Notes: generated from the sequence alone by a model not told the origin. DNA of 64,000 bases from Vicinamibacteria bacterium (GCA_965199715.1 CBDATA010000001.1:96001-160000); one strand, 5' to 3'; numbered from the stretch's first letter, positions 9,593 to 19,939 are shown. Numbers and translations: made by a program.

Positions 9593-11625
9593 TCCTCGCC
9601 GCCGCGCTGGCGGCGGCCGCGTGCGGGCTCGCTTCGGCGCAGACCCCCGGCGACCGGATCCTTGAGATCGTCGCGCTCGAGGACGCGCGCTCCACCGGCG
9701 ACGGCCGGCTGGAGGCGTTTCTCCTCGACCGCGATCACGAAGTGCGACGGCGGGCGGTGCTCGCCCTCGGCCGAATCGGCCGTCCCGAGGCGATTCCGGC
9801 GCTCCTTCGGTCACTCGAGGCGGACGTGGCGGGCGCCGTGCGGACGAGCGCGGCGTTCGCGCTCGGGATCCTCGAGGATCCGCTTCCCGAGGACGCGGCG
9901 CTCGCGCTCGCCGCCGCGCTCGGGGATCGTTCCGACCGGGTTCGCGAGCGCGCCCTCGAGTCGCTCGGGCGGCGCGGCGGACCGGGGGCGGCGGAGCTCG
10001 TCGCGAACGTCCTGGCCGAGCAGGTCGAGGCCGCCGACTACGCCGAACGCCGCGAGAACATCGAGGTCGCCCTGCGGCGCACGGCGTGGGACGGGGCCCG
10101 GCTCTCCCTCTTCTCGCTGGCCCGGATCCGGGATGACGGAGGCGATCCCGGGGACGTCCTTCCGTTGCTGGGAAGCGCCGGAGCGCCCCGCACCGACTGG
10201 TGGCCGGCGGTCTGGACGGCGGCGCGCCTCCGCGATCCGTCGCTGGCGCCGCTCGGGCGCGCGTGGGCCGGCTCGGCGGACCCGCTGACCCGCGCGCTCG
10301 GCCTTCGCGTTCTCGGCGGAACCGGACTCGACGCGGCGGCGGAAGCCGCGCCGCACGTGACCCACGCGAACGAGATCGTGCGCATCGAGGCGATGCGGGC
10401 GATGGCGTCACTCGCCGGGGGCCGCCCGATTCGCGGTGCGGAGCGGCTGCTGGAGGCGCTTTCGGACTCCAGCTGGGCGGTGCGGGCGGAGGCGGTCGCG
10501 GCGCTCGCATCGGTTCCCGTCGACGGCAGCGCCCCGCTGCTCGTCGATCTGGTGGCCGACGCCGACCCGGCCCTGCGGGCGGCGGCGGCGCGGGCGATCC
10601 ATCTTCAGGATCCGGAGACTTTCTGGCTGCTGCTCGCGGGCTGGTCCGACCGCGACCCGCTGGCGCGGATCGCCATGACCCGGGCGATGGGAGGCGTCGC
10701 GGACCCGCGCATCCGCAACTTCCTGCTCTACAACGGCCTCGCCGACGAGGACGCGCGAGTGCGGGCGGCGGCCATGACCGCGCTCGCCGCGCTCGAGACC
10801 GGCCTCGCCGACGACCAGCGGGATCCGGAGGTCACTACGGCCGTCGCCGGGGGCCTCGCCGCGGCGGACCCGCTCGAGCGCGCGGCCGCCGCGAACGCGC
10901 TGCGGCGGCTCGGCGACGGGCTCGTCGAGATTCGGAGGGCGTTCGACGACGACGGCGAGGACGAGGTTTCCGACTTCCGGCTGGCCGCGCTGCGGGCCGT
11001 GCTGGAACTGGATTCGGGCCCGAGCCGGCAGGCCTTCGCCGAATTGGCGCTCACGGACCGCTGGTGGCCGGTGCGGCGCGAGGCGCATCGCTTCCTGCGC
11101 GGTGAGGGGCTCGCCCCCCCGCCCCCGGCGCCCGCTCCGGCGCAGGAACCCGCGGCCTACGCCCCGACGGCGCTGGCGTCGTTCACCCCGCTCGCGTGGA
11201 TCGACACCGATTACGGCGAGATCGAGCTGGAGCTGCTGGTGGGCGAGGCGCCGCGCACGGTCCTGAACTTCGTGACGCTCGCCCGGCAGGGGTTCTACGA
11301 CGGCCTCACCTTCCACCGCGTGGTGCCCAACTTCGTCGTGCAGGCCGGCGACCCGAGGAACGACATGGCCGGCGGCCCCGGCTACGCCATCCGCTGCGAG
11401 ATGAACCCGCGCCGCTACGTGCGGGGCACGGTCGGCATGGCGCTCGACGGCAAGGACACCGGAGGCAGCCAGTTCTTCATCACGCTGCTTCCCCAACCGC
11501 ACCTCAACGGCCGGCACACCGTCTTCGGTCAGGTCCGCTCCGGCTTCCCGATTCTGGACCGGCTCGGTCCGGGGGACGTGATCCGGGGCGTCCGCATCTG
11601 GGACGGCGTCATCCCCCCCGAGTGA
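9574..11625 (+). CDS. Secreted HEAT-repeat protein with a C-terminal cyclophilin PPIase domain
   Basis: Signal peptide from ATG 9574; HEAT/PBS-lyase repeats; FYDGLTFHRVVPNFVVQAGDP, GSQFFIT, HLNGRHTVFG. Confidence 0.9.
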   Translation: MDARRLILAAALAAAACGLASAQTPGDRILEIVALEDARSTGDGRLEAFLLDRDHEVRRRAVLALGRIGRPEAIPALLRSLEADVAGAVRTSAAFALGILEDPLPEDAALALAAALGDRSDRVRERALESLGRRGGPGAAELVANVLAEQVEAADYAERRENIEVALRRTAWDGARLSLFSLARIRDDGGDPGDVLPLLGSAGAPRTDWWPAVWTAARLRDPSLAPLGRAWAGSADPLTRALGLRVLGGTGLDAAAEAAPHVTHANEIVRIEAMRAMASLAGGRPIRGAERLLEALSDSSWAVRAEAVAALASVPVDGSAPLLVDLVADADPALRAAAARAIHLQDPETFWLLLAGWSDRDPLARIAMTRAMGGVADPRIRNFLLYNGLADEDARVRAAAMTALAALETGLADDQRDPEVTTAVAGGLAAADPLERAAAANALRRLGDGLVEIRRAFDDDGEDEVSDFRLAALRAVLELDSGPSRQAFAELALTDRWWPVRREAHRFLRGEGLAPPPPAPAPAQEPAAYAPTALASFTPLAWIDTDYGEIELELLVGEAPRTVLNFVTLARQGFYDGLTFHRVVPNFVVQAGDPRNDMAGGPGYAIRCEMNPRRYVRGTVGMALDGKDTGGSQFFITLLPQPHLNGRHTVFGQVRSGFPILDRLGPGDVIRGVRIWDGVIPPE

Positions 11626-12452
11626 CTCGGGCCGCCGGGCGCGTGCGCCTGATCGCGGTGGATCTGGACGGGACGCTTCTCGACTCGTCGAAACAGGTTT
11701 CGCCCCGGAACCGGGACGCCCTCGAACGGGCCCGCGCCCGGGGGGTCGCCCTCGCGGTGATCTCGGGACGCCGCATCGCCGAGCTGGAGGCGCTGCTCCC
11801 CGACGTTCATCCCGAGACGTTCCGCGTCGGACACGGCGGCGCGCTGATCCGCCAGGGCGCGCGCACGCTGCGCGAGTCGCCGCTGCCCATCCCGGTCGCG
11901 CGGGCCGCGGTTCGCGTCGCGGCCGCGCTCGACCTCCACGCCCTCATCAGCGATCGCAGCGGCGGCGTCCGGATCGCGACCGCGCGGGCGAGCTCGCCGA
12001 GGGTCCAGCGGTACTTGCGGACCGCCCGCCCGACCCCGAAGCTGGACCCCCGCCCGGCCTTCGCCGAAGCGCCGCTCCACCTCGTGCTCGCGGGGCCGCC
12101 GGGGCGCTGCCGGGAGGCCGAGTCGCTGCTGCGCGAGGCGTGCGGCGACCGGACCGGCCTCGAGCGCACCGAATACGCGGACTCCGAGCTGGGACTCCTC
12201 GACGTGCTCGCCCCGGGAGCGGACAAGGGCGCCGCGCTCGGCTGGATCGCCGACGCGGCCGGAGTTCCGCTCGGGGAAACCCTCGCCGTCGGCGACAACT
12301 GGAACGACGTCCCCATGCTCCGGGCGGCCGGAGTCGGAGTGCTCATGGCCAACGCGCCGCCGGATCTCCACGAGCTGGGTTTCGAGCCGACCGCGGGCCA
12401 CGACGCCGACGGGGTCGCCGCGGCGCTCGACCGCCTGGTCTTCTCCCCGTGA
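11622..12452 (+). CDS. Cof-type HAD-IIB hydrolase
   Basis: DLDGTLL, SGR, DKG, GDNWNDVPM; GTGA overlap with the upstream gene. Confidence 0.88.
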   Translation: MTRAAGRVRLIAVDLDGTLLDSSKQVSPRNRDALERARARGVALAVISGRRIAELEALLPDVHPETFRVGHGGALIRQGARTLRESPLPIPVARAAVRVAAALDLHALISDRSGGVRIATARASSPRVQRYLRTARPTPKLDPRPAFAEAPLHLVLAGPPGRCREAESLLREACGDRTGLERTEYADSELGLLDVLAPGADKGAALGWIADAAGVPLGETLAVGDNWNDVPMLRAAGVGVLMANAPPDLHELGFEPTAGHDADGVAAALDRLVFSP

Positions 12453-13552
12453 GCTTCGAGGTCCAGAGGACCTGCGGTCCAGCGCGGCGCGGGCGGCTCG
12501 GAACCGCGCACGGCGTGGTCGAGACGCCGACCTTCATGCCGGTGGCGACGAACGGCGCGATCCGCGGCCTCACTGGGAGCGAGACCCGGGCGACGGGCGC
12601 CGCGATGCTGCTCGGCAACGCGTACCACCTCATGCTCGCCCCCGGCGACCGGCTGGTGCGCGACCTGGGCGGGCTCCACCGCCTCATGGACTGGCCGCGC
12701 CCGATCCTCACCGACAGCGGCGGGTATCAGGTCGCGAGCCTCGCGCCGCTGCGCAACGTCACGGACGAGGGAGTGCGCTTCCGCTCGCACCGCGACGGAT
12801 CCATCCACGAGCTCACCCCCGAGCGGGCGCTCGAGGTCCAGCGGAACCTGGGGTCCGACGTCGCCATGGCGCTCGACGAGTGCCTCCGCCTGCCCGCGCC
12901 GCCGGAAGCGGTGGCGGCCGCGGCGGAGCGGAGCCTGCGCTGGGCGCTGCGCTCGCTCGACGCCGGAGCGGCTCCGGGACAACTGCTGTTCGCGATCGTC
13001 CAGGGGGGCGCTTCGGAGCGGCTTCGGGCGCGCCACGCCGCGAGCCTCGGGGAGCATGGTTTCGACGGGTTCGGGATCGGCGGCCTCCTCATGGGCGAGC
13101 CCACCGACGCTACTCGCGCGATGACCCGGCTGGTCGCCGAGGCGCTTCCCGCCGACCGGCCCCGCTACCTCATGGGCGCGGGACTCCCGGCCGACATTCT
13201 CGAGTCGGCCGCGCTCGGGGTGGACCTCTTCGACAGCGTGGTTCCGTCGCGCCTCGCCCGCCGGGGCGTGGCCTTCACGTGGAGCGGCCGCATCCACCTC
13301 CGGCGCGCCGGCTGGCGGGAGGATCCCGATCCTCTCGACCCGGACTGCCCCTGCCCCGCCTGCGCTGCGTATTGCCGGGGCTGGCTGCGCCACCTCGTCC
13401 GAAGCGGCGAGCGGATCGCGGCGACGCTGCTGACGGCCCACAACCTGACCTTCTACGCTGATCTCGCGGCGCGAATCCGGGCGGCGATCCGGGACCGGAC
13501 GCTGCCGCAGCTCGTCGAGAGCTGCCGGGGGAGATGGGCCGAGGGCGCGTGA
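12449..13552 (+). CDS. tgt: tRNA-guanine transglycosylase
   Basis: TPTFMPV, TDSGGYQV, LDEC, RYLMG, CPCPAC...HN zinc site; upstream of yajC-secD-secF. Confidence 0.95.
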   Translation: MSFEVQRTCGPARRGRLGTAHGVVETPTFMPVATNGAIRGLTGSETRATGAAMLLGNAYHLMLAPGDRLVRDLGGLHRLMDWPRPILTDSGGYQVASLAPLRNVTDEGVRFRSHRDGSIHELTPERALEVQRNLGSDVAMALDECLRLPAPPEAVAAAAERSLRWALRSLDAGAAPGQLLFAIVQGGASERLRARHAASLGEHGFDGFGIGGLLMGEPTDATRAMTRLVAEALPADRPRYLMGAGLPADILESAALGVDLFDSVVPSRLARRGVAFTWSGRIHLRRAGWREDPDPLDPDCPCPACAAYCRGWLRHLVRSGERIAATLLTAHNLTFYADLAARIRAAIRDRTLPQLVESCRGRWAEGA

Positions 13553-13649
13553 TAGCCTTCCCGTTTTCGCCCTGCGGCCCGGCTCCCCGGGCGCCGCGCC
13601 GGAGTCGTCAGGCGGGTCGAAACCGGCATAGCTGATCGAGAGGAGTCCG

Positions 13650-13955
13650 ATGCTCCCCACCCTGCTTCAGGCCGACCCCGGCGGCTCGGCGATCGGGATG
13701 CAGCTCGTCCTGTTCGCGATCATCTTCGGCATCTTCTACTTCATCGTGTTCCGCCCGATGCGCAAGCGGCAACGGGAGACGGAAGAGATGCTGCGGGGAC
13801 TGCAGCGGGGCAACCGCGTCGTGACCAGCGGGGGCCTGCACGGCACGATCTCCAGCCTCGACGACAGCACGGTGCAGTTGAAGGTGACCGACATGGTCAA
13901 GCTGCGGGTCTCGAGGAGCGCGATCGCGAACGTCCTCGACTCCGAGAAGAGTTGA
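13650..13955 (+). CDS. yajC: Preprotein translocase subunit YajC
   Basis: FYFIVFRPMRKRQ, VVTSGGLHG; GAGGAG RBS; synteny. Confidence 0.95.
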   Translation: MLPTLLQADPGGSAIGMQLVLFAIIFGIFYFIVFRPMRKRQRETEEMLRGLQRGNRVVTSGGLHGTISSLDDSTVQLKVTDMVKLRVSRSAIANVLDSEKS

Positions 13956-13989
13956 ACCGGCCGGAAGGAGCCGGACCGGAAGTCTCCCG

Positions 13990-15528
13990 ATGAAGAAAAA
14001 CCTCGGCCTGAAGGGAATCCTCCTGCTGGCGCTGGTGGGCGCGCTGGGCCTCATCTCGTGGCCGCCGGAGGACAAGCTCGTCCTCGGACTCGACCTGCAA
14101 GGCGGCATCCACCTCGTCATGCGGGTGCACACCGACGACGCCGTGCGGGTGCTCACCGACGAGACGGCCGAGCAGTTCGCCGAGCGGCTCGACGACGACG
14201 CGATCGACTTCACCGACGCCCGCTCCGAGGGGCTCGGACGGATCACGATCGAGAACCTCGACTCCGGGCGCAGCGGCGAGGTCCGGCAGATCGTGGACCT
14301 TGGCTGGCCGCAGTGGGATCTGCGTTCCGTCGGCGGAAACGACTGGTCGTTCTCGCTTCGGGCGAACGAGGAGATCGCGATCCGCGCCCAGACGGTCGAG
14401 CAGGCGATGGAGACGATCCGCCGCCGCGTGGACGAACTCGGGGTCACCGAGCCGGTCATCACGACCCACGGCAACACCGGCGACCAGATCCTCGTCCAGC
14501 TCCCCGGCTACGAGGACGTGGACCGAGCGAAGGAGATCATCCAAGCCACCGCGCAACTGGAGCTGCGGCTGGTCGAGGCCGGGCCGACGCTCGTCGAGAC
14601 CGACCTCCCGCCGCCCAACTCCGCGGTCGAGAACCTCGCGACGTACCTGCCCACCGGCGAACCCGCGTGGTACCAGGTCGAGCGGATTCCGGCGATCACC
14701 GGTCGGGATCTCCGCAACGCCCGGCAGGGGCTCGACTTCCAGACGAACACCCCGAACGTGGAGTTCAGCCTCCACGCCGACGGCGCGTCCCGCTTCCGCG
14801 ACTTCACCACCGCGAACCTGGGGCGCCAGATGGCGATCGTGCTCGACCGCGAGGTGGTCTCCGCGCCGGTGATCGAGGGGCCCATCTTCAACGAGGGCCA
14901 GATCACCGGGAACTTCACCGCCGAGGAAGCGCTGGACCTCGCGCTGGTGCTGCGGGCCGGGGCGCTGCCCGCTTCGCTCGAGTATCAGGAGGAGCGGACC
15001 GTCGGACCCTCGCTCGGGGCCGACTCCATCCGCAGCGGGGTCACCGCCTCGCTCGCCGGACTCGCCGGCGTGCTGCTGTTCATCATCTTCTACTACCGGC
15101 TGTCGGGGCTGAACGCGGTGACCGCGCTCCTGCTGAACCTGCTGATCCTCGTCGGCGCGCTCGCCTACTTCGCGGCCACGCTGACGCTTCCCGGCATCGC
15201 CGGGGTGATCCTCACCATCGGCATGGGCGTGGACGCCAACGTGCTGATCTTCGAGCGGATCAAGGAGGAGCTGAAGACCGGCAAGCCGCCGCGCACGGCC
15301 ATCTCGGTCGGGTTCTCGCGGGTGTTCTGGACCATCGTGGACGCGAACATGACGAGCCTCGTCGCCGCCGCGATCCTCTTCCAGTTCGGCACCGGGCCGG
15401 TCCAGGGGTTCGCCGTCACGCTGAGCGTCGGGCTCATCAGCAACGTCTTCACCGCGATGTTCGTGTCGCGGTACCTGTTCGATCTCGTCCTCTCCGGACG
15501 GCGGCAGGTCGCCTCGCTGAGCATCTGA
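13990..15528 (+). CDS. secD: Protein translocase subunit SecD
   Basis: LGLDLQGG, RRRVDELGV, VGPSLG, GMGVDANVLIFERIKEE. Confidence 0.97.
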   Translation: MKKNLGLKGILLLALVGALGLISWPPEDKLVLGLDLQGGIHLVMRVHTDDAVRVLTDETAEQFAERLDDDAIDFTDARSEGLGRITIENLDSGRSGEVRQIVDLGWPQWDLRSVGGNDWSFSLRANEEIAIRAQTVEQAMETIRRRVDELGVTEPVITTHGNTGDQILVQLPGYEDVDRAKEIIQATAQLELRLVEAGPTLVETDLPPPNSAVENLATYLPTGEPAWYQVERIPAITGRDLRNARQGLDFQTNTPNVEFSLHADGASRFRDFTTANLGRQMAIVLDREVVSAPVIEGPIFNEGQITGNFTAEEALDLALVLRAGALPASLEYQEERTVGPSLGADSIRSGVTASLAGLAGVLLFIIFYYRLSGLNAVTALLLNLLILVGALAYFAATLTLPGIAGVILTIGMGVDANVLIFERIKEELKTGKPPRTAISVGFSRVFWTIVDANMTSLVAAAILFQFGTGPVQGFAVTLSVGLISNVFTAMFVSRYLFDLVLSGRRQVASLSI

Positions 15529-15529
15529 C

Positions 15530-16489
15530 ATGGACATCCTGCGCGACACCCGGATCGACTGGCTGAAGTACCGCTGGTGGTTCGCCTCGGCGTCCATCGT
15601 GGTGTTCGTCGCCGGCGCGATCAGCATGTTACAGGCCGGCGGGCTGCGGTACGGCATCGACTTCTCCGAGGGCACGCAGGTCGTGGCCAAGTTCGCGCAG
15701 AGCCCGGAGATCGAACAGGTCCGGTCCACGGTCTCGGCGATCGGCTACGGCGACGCGGTCATCCAGCGATACGACGACCCGGAGCTGAACCAGGTGATGA
15801 TCCGGATCGGGCGCGAGGCGAGCGAGGGGGAGGCCATCGACGAGGCGGCCGGCGAGATCCTCGAGGCGCTGCGCACCGGCATGGAGGGCAACGAGCTGGA
15901 GTCGGCCAGCACCGAGATCGTCGGGCCGGTCATCGGCGAGGAGCTCCGCCGCCGGGCCCGCAACGCCACCATCCTCGCGCTCTTCGCGATGCTGATCTAC
16001 ATCGGCTTCCGCTTCGAGCCGGTGTACGGGGTCGGGGCCACCGTGGCGGTGGTCCACGACGTGGTGCTGACGCTGGCGCTGGTGTCGCTGTTCGGCTACG
16101 AGATCAGCCTGAACGTGCTCGCCGGGTTCATGACGCTCGTCGGCTATTCGGTGAACGACACGATCGTCATCTTCGATCGGGTGCGCGAGAACCGCCGGAT
16201 CCATCGGCGCCTGACCCTCACCGGGATCGTGAACCTCTCGATCAACCAGACGCTGCGGCGCACGGTGCTGACCTCGGGCCTCACGATCGTGGCCACCGGG
16301 GCGCTCTTCGTCTGGGGCGGCGAGGTGCTGCGGGGCTTCTCGTTCGTGATGGTCGCCGGCGTGATCGTGGGAACCTTCTCCTCGATCGCGATCGCGTCCC
16401 CCCTCGTGATCTGGTGGCACGGGTTCCGGTCCCGGAGCGAGGCGTCAGGCGAGGACCGGGGGCCGAAGCCGCAAGCCGCCCGGGTCTGA
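15530..16489 (+). CDS. secF: Protein translocase subunit SecF
   Basis: GIDFSEG, HDV, GYSVNDTIVIFDRVREN. Confidence 0.97.
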   Translation: MDILRDTRIDWLKYRWWFASASIVVFVAGAISMLQAGGLRYGIDFSEGTQVVAKFAQSPEIEQVRSTVSAIGYGDAVIQRYDDPELNQVMIRIGREASEGEAIDEAAGEILEALRTGMEGNELESASTEIVGPVIGEELRRRARNATILALFAMLIYIGFRFEPVYGVGATVAVVHDVVLTLALVSLFGYEISLNVLAGFMTLVGYSVNDTIVIFDRVRENRRIHRRLTLTGIVNLSINQTLRRTVLTSGLTIVATGALFVWGGEVLRGFSFVMVAGVIVGTFSSIAIASPLVIWWHGFRSRSEASGEDRGPKPQAARV

Positions 16490-16550
16490 TTCCTCCCGGC
16501 GCTGGACAGGGCGCCGGCGGACGGCGCACACTTGGGGTCTGAGGATCCCA

Positions 16551-17309
16551 ATGCGGAAACGAGAGCCCGAGGCCGCCGCGCTGGGTCGTCTCGACGCCCC
16601 TCCCCTGCGGTCGGGCAGCATGCGGTTCGCGCTGCCGATCGGGGTGGGGCTGCATCTCGCGGTCGGGCTGGCGCTCACGCTGGAGGCGGCGCGGTTCCGC
16701 TCGGCGCAGCTTCCGCCGTTCGCCCCGCTCGCGATCCGGCTCGCGCCGCCGCCCGCCGAGGGCCTGCGCAGCGGGGATCCGGCCTCGCTCGCGACGGACG
16801 ACGGCGCCGAGCGAAGCGCGGCGCGCCGAGCGCCGGACCGAAGCGCCCTGCTGGCGATGCTGGACCGGATCCCCCCGCCCGAACCGGCTCCGTTCGGCTT
16901 CGAGAACGGCCTCCCGGAAGGATCGCTGACCGGTTTCCCGGACGGGCTGCCCGAGGGCGTGCTCGGCGGCCTTCCGGGCGGCGTTCCCGGCGGGATCATC
17001 GGGGCGCCTGGGGGGGCCGCCGATCCGACGGTTCCGCCGCCCGACCGTCCGCCGGTCCCGCTGTTGACTCCGCGCCCCCGGTTTCCCGAGGAAGCGGTGC
17101 GCAACGGCGTGCGCGGCCGGGTGGTCCTGCGGGCGCTCATCACCGAACGCGGGACGGTCGAGGTGCTGCGGGTGCTGCGGTCGGTGCCCGAGCTGGACCA
17201 GGCGGCCACTCGGCTCGTGGAGGCGGAATGGCGCTTCCGGCCGGCGGAGCGCAACGGACGGCCCGTGGCGGCGCTGAGCGATCTCGTGATCCGGTTCAAC
17301 CTCCGCTGA
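16551..17309 (+). CDS. TonB-family energy transducer
   Basis: N-terminal TM with His, Gly/Pro-rich linker (GGVPGG), TonB_C domain (FP..A...GVRGRVVLRALI, WRFRPA). Confidence 0.85.
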   Translation: MRKREPEAAALGRLDAPPLRSGSMRFALPIGVGLHLAVGLALTLEAARFRSAQLPPFAPLAIRLAPPPAEGLRSGDPASLATDDGAERSAARRAPDRSALLAMLDRIPPPEPAPFGFENGLPEGSLTGFPDGLPEGVLGGLPGGVPGGIIGAPGGAADPTVPPPDRPPVPLLTPRPRFPEEAVRNGVRGRVVLRALITERGTVEVLRVLRSVPELDQAATRLVEAEWRFRPAERNGRPVAALSDLVIRFNLR

Positions 17310-17371
17310 TCCCGGCTTCGCGCGGGCGGGTTTCGGGCGGCTTGGGCGGGCCGCCGCCACGCAAGCGCCGG

Positions 17372-17400
17372 TTGACAGCGCAAGCGCCCGATGCTATTTT
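17372..17400 (+). promoter_or_regulatory. sigma70-type promoter for tonB2-exbB-exbD-exbD-TPR
   Basis: TTGACA (17372-17377), 17 bp, then TATTTT (17395-17400) preceded by TGn (extended -10). Confidence 0.7.
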
Positions 17401-17498
17401 CCGCACTTGCCCTCGGGGCCAACGGCCCGTCCGGGGATGCCTGCCGAAGCGCCTTCCAGCGCTCGAAAACCGTCCCTCCCCAAGGGAAGGAGCTCGCG

Positions 17499-18212
17499 TT
17501 GCCACGAAGTCCCAATTTTCACGTTTCCGGCGAGGATGGCGGCGCGGCCCGCTCCGCCGGGAGTTTCGCCGTTTCGCTCTTCCTCCAGGGGACGCTTCTG
17601 GTGGTCGCGATCGTCATCCCGATCCTGACCTACAGCCTCCCGACCCCCGAGGGGATCATGACGTTCATGGCGCAGGCGCCTCCGCCGCCCCCGCCGCCGC
17701 CCCCGCCGCCCCCGCCGAAGCAGGTGCGCCGGGCCGCTCCGAAGCCCGTGCTCAACACCACGCCGCAGTTCGTGGCCCCCGTGGACATTCCCGATGACAT
17801 CGGCATGGACTCGGGCGTGGACTTCGGCGTTCCCGGCGGAGTCGAGGGCGGAGTTCCCGGCGGCGTGATCGGCGGCATCGTGGGCGGACTTCCGTCCGGC
17901 CCCCCGCCCCCGCCGCCCAAGGCCGCTCCGGTCCGGGTCGGCGGAGAGATCCGCGAGCCGACCAAGACGGTCCACGTGGATCCGGTGTATCCCGAGATCG
18001 CCAAACAGGCGCGCGTCTCGGGCGTGGTCATCCTCGAAGCCATCATCGATCCGAATGGCAACGTGACCAACATCACCGTCCTGCGCTCCATCCCGCTGCT
18101 CGACCAAGCGGCCATGGACGCGGTCCGTCAGTGGCGCTACCAGCCCACCCTGCTCAACGGCGTTCCGGTGCCCATCGTCATGACGGTCACCGTGCAGTTC
18201 AACCTCGGATAA
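17499..18212 (+). CDS. tonB: TonB-family energy transducer
   Basis: TTG after GGAAGGAG; TM, 13-Pro run, GGVxGG repeats, PVYPEIA...GVVILEAII...WRYQP. Confidence 0.88.
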   Translation: MPRSPNFHVSGEDGGAARSAGSFAVSLFLQGTLLVVAIVIPILTYSLPTPEGIMTFMAQAPPPPPPPPPPPPPKQVRRAAPKPVLNTTPQFVAPVDIPDDIGMDSGVDFGVPGGVEGGVPGGVIGGIVGGLPSGPPPPPPKAAPVRVGGEIREPTKTVHVDPVYPEIAKQARVSGVVILEAIIDPNGNVTNITVLRSIPLLDQAAMDAVRQWRYQPTLLNGVPVPIVMTVTVQFNLG

Positions 18213-18305
18213 GGGTAGAACCGGGAACCCGCTTTTTCCGCGTTTTCGCGCCGCGGCGGGCCGCGGCGCGGAGGCGCCCGTTTCCACCCCAGGAGGAGAT
18301 TGGAA

Positions 18306-18974
18306 ATGTCTTTCGACCTGCTTGAGATCTGGAACCACATGGGTCCGGCGGCCAAGCTCATCAACGCGGTCATGGCCGTCATGTCGGTGTACTCGCTCTC
18401 GGTCATGTTCGAGCGCGGGATCACCTATCGCCGGGCGCGTTCGCAGTCCCGGAACTACTCCCCGAAGGTAGCCAAGGAGCTCAAGGCGGGCGACATCGCG
18501 AAGGCGATCAAGATCAGCCAGGACAAGTCCGTCAAGAACAGCCACATGGCGAAGGTGCTGCTCGCCGGCATGCAGGAGATCCGCTACCAGGACGACGATG
18601 CGGGCGGCAATCGGACCGAGACCGTGGCCGCGGCCAACCGCGCCATCCAGCGCGCGACCGCGATCAGCATGATGGACCTCCGCCGGAACCTTTCCGGCTT
18701 GGCGACCGTCGGCGCGACGGCCCCGTTCGTGGGCCTGCTCGGCACCGTGCTCGGCATCATCACCGCGTTCCGCGGCATGGCGCTGACCGGTTCGGGCGGA
18801 ATCGGCGCGGTCTCCGCGGGAATCGCCGAGGCGCTCATCGCGACCGCGTTCGGCCTCTTCGTGGCCATCCCGGCGGTGTGGGCGTTCAACTACCTCACCA
18901 ACCGGGCGGACGGCTTCGGCGTCGAGATGGACAACGGCGCCTCCGAGCTGATCGACTTCATGGTGCGCCGCTGA
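18306..18974 (+). CDS. exbB: MotA/TolQ/ExbB proton channel protein
   Basis: ATAPFVGLLGTV, GIAEALIATAFGLFVAIPA; AGGAGG RBS. Confidence 0.92.
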   Translation: MSFDLLEIWNHMGPAAKLINAVMAVMSVYSLSVMFERGITYRRARSQSRNYSPKVAKELKAGDIAKAIKISQDKSVKNSHMAKVLLAGMQEIRYQDDDAGGNRTETVAAANRAIQRATAISMMDLRRNLSGLATVGATAPFVGLLGTVLGIITAFRGMALTGSGGIGAVSAGIAEALIATAFGLFVAIPAVWAFNYLTNRADGFGVEMDNGASELIDFMVRR

Positions 18975-19022
18975 CGCGGCGACGCTGGAGTTCGCCACGG
19001 TAGCCACAGCTTCGGTCCCAGT

Positions 19023-19052
19023 GCTTCCGGGTTCCCAGGGGATCCCGGAAGC
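19023..19052 (+). other. Intergenic stem-loop between exbB and exbD
   Basis: GCTTCCGGGTTCC / GGATCCCGGAAGC inverted repeat with one mismatch and no U-tract. Confidence 0.5.
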
Positions 19053-19087
19053 GGCGGGCTGACGCAGTTTCCAGAGGAGAAATCGTC

Positions 19088-19501
19088 ATGGGCATGGCAG
19101 GTCTTGGAGACAAGAACGTCAACGCCAACATCAACGTGACGCCGCTCGCCGACGTCATGCTGGTCCTCTTGATCATTTTCATGGTGGTGACGCCGCTCCT
19201 GCAAAAGGGCGTGGACGTCAAGCTGCCGATCGCCGAGTACGGCATCGACCACCCTGACAACGACAACGTCGTGCAGGTCGCGGTCACGCTGGACAGCTCG
19301 CTCTTCCTCGATCAGGTGCCGGTCACCGAGCTCGAGCTGCCCACGGCGCTTGCGGACAAGTTCGCGCTGAAGTCCGAGCGGGTGCTCTACCTGAAGGCCG
19401 ACGAGCGCCTCGAGTACCGGGACGTGATGCGGGTGATGGAGCTCTGCCGGGACGGCGGGGCCGACGAGATCGGCCTCATCACCGAACGCGCCACCGAGTA
19501 G
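19088..19501 (+). CDS. exbD: ExbD/TolR biopolymer transporter
   Basis: INVTPLADVMLVLLIIFMV, LYLKAD. Confidence 0.92.
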   Translation: MGMAGLGDKNVNANINVTPLADVMLVLLIIFMVVTPLLQKGVDVKLPIAEYGIDHPDNDNVVQVAVTLDSSLFLDQVPVTELELPTALADKFALKSERVLYLKADERLEYRDVMRVMELCRDGGADEIGLITERATE

Positions 19502-19531
19502 CCGGGCGAACCCCGTCAAGGAGAACACATC

Positions 19532-19939
19532 ATGGGAATGTCAGGAATCGGCTCCGGCGGAGTCACGTCCGACATCAACATCACTCCGCTCATCGATGTC
19601 CTGCTGGTGCTGCTCATCATCTTCATGGTGGTGACCCCGCTTACGCAGCAGGGGCATGACGTGGAGATGCCCGAGGCGCAGGACGCCGCCGCGGCGGCGG
19701 CCGAGCCGGATCCGAACCAGCTCGTCCTGAGCATCGACGCCGCGAACCAGCTCACGATCAACAAGCAGGTCGTGGCGCGCGAGGAGCTCCCGCTCCGGAT
19801 TCGCGACATCTTCGAGACCCGCGCCGACAAGACGCTCTTCCTGAAGGCCTTCGGCGGCCTCGAGTACGGGCGCGTCGTCGAGGTGCTGGACGTGATCCGC
19901 GGCAACGGCGTGGAGCGCGTCGGGATCGTCCCCGAATAG
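19532..19939 (+). CDS. exbD: ExbD/TolR biopolymer transporter (second paralog)
   Basis: INITPLIDVLLVLLIIFMV. Confidence 0.92.
   Translation: MGMSGIGSGGVTSDINITPLIDVLLVLLIIFMVVTPLTQQGHDVEMPEAQDAAAAAAEPDPNQLVLSIDAANQLTINKQVVAREELPLRIRDIFETRADKTLFLKAFGGLEYGRVVEVLDVIRGNGVERVGIVPE

Noticed and set aside
17679-17717. CCG/CCC tandem repeat as a contingency locus
   Set aside because: Encodes the ordinary poly-Pro linker of TonB with mixed codons
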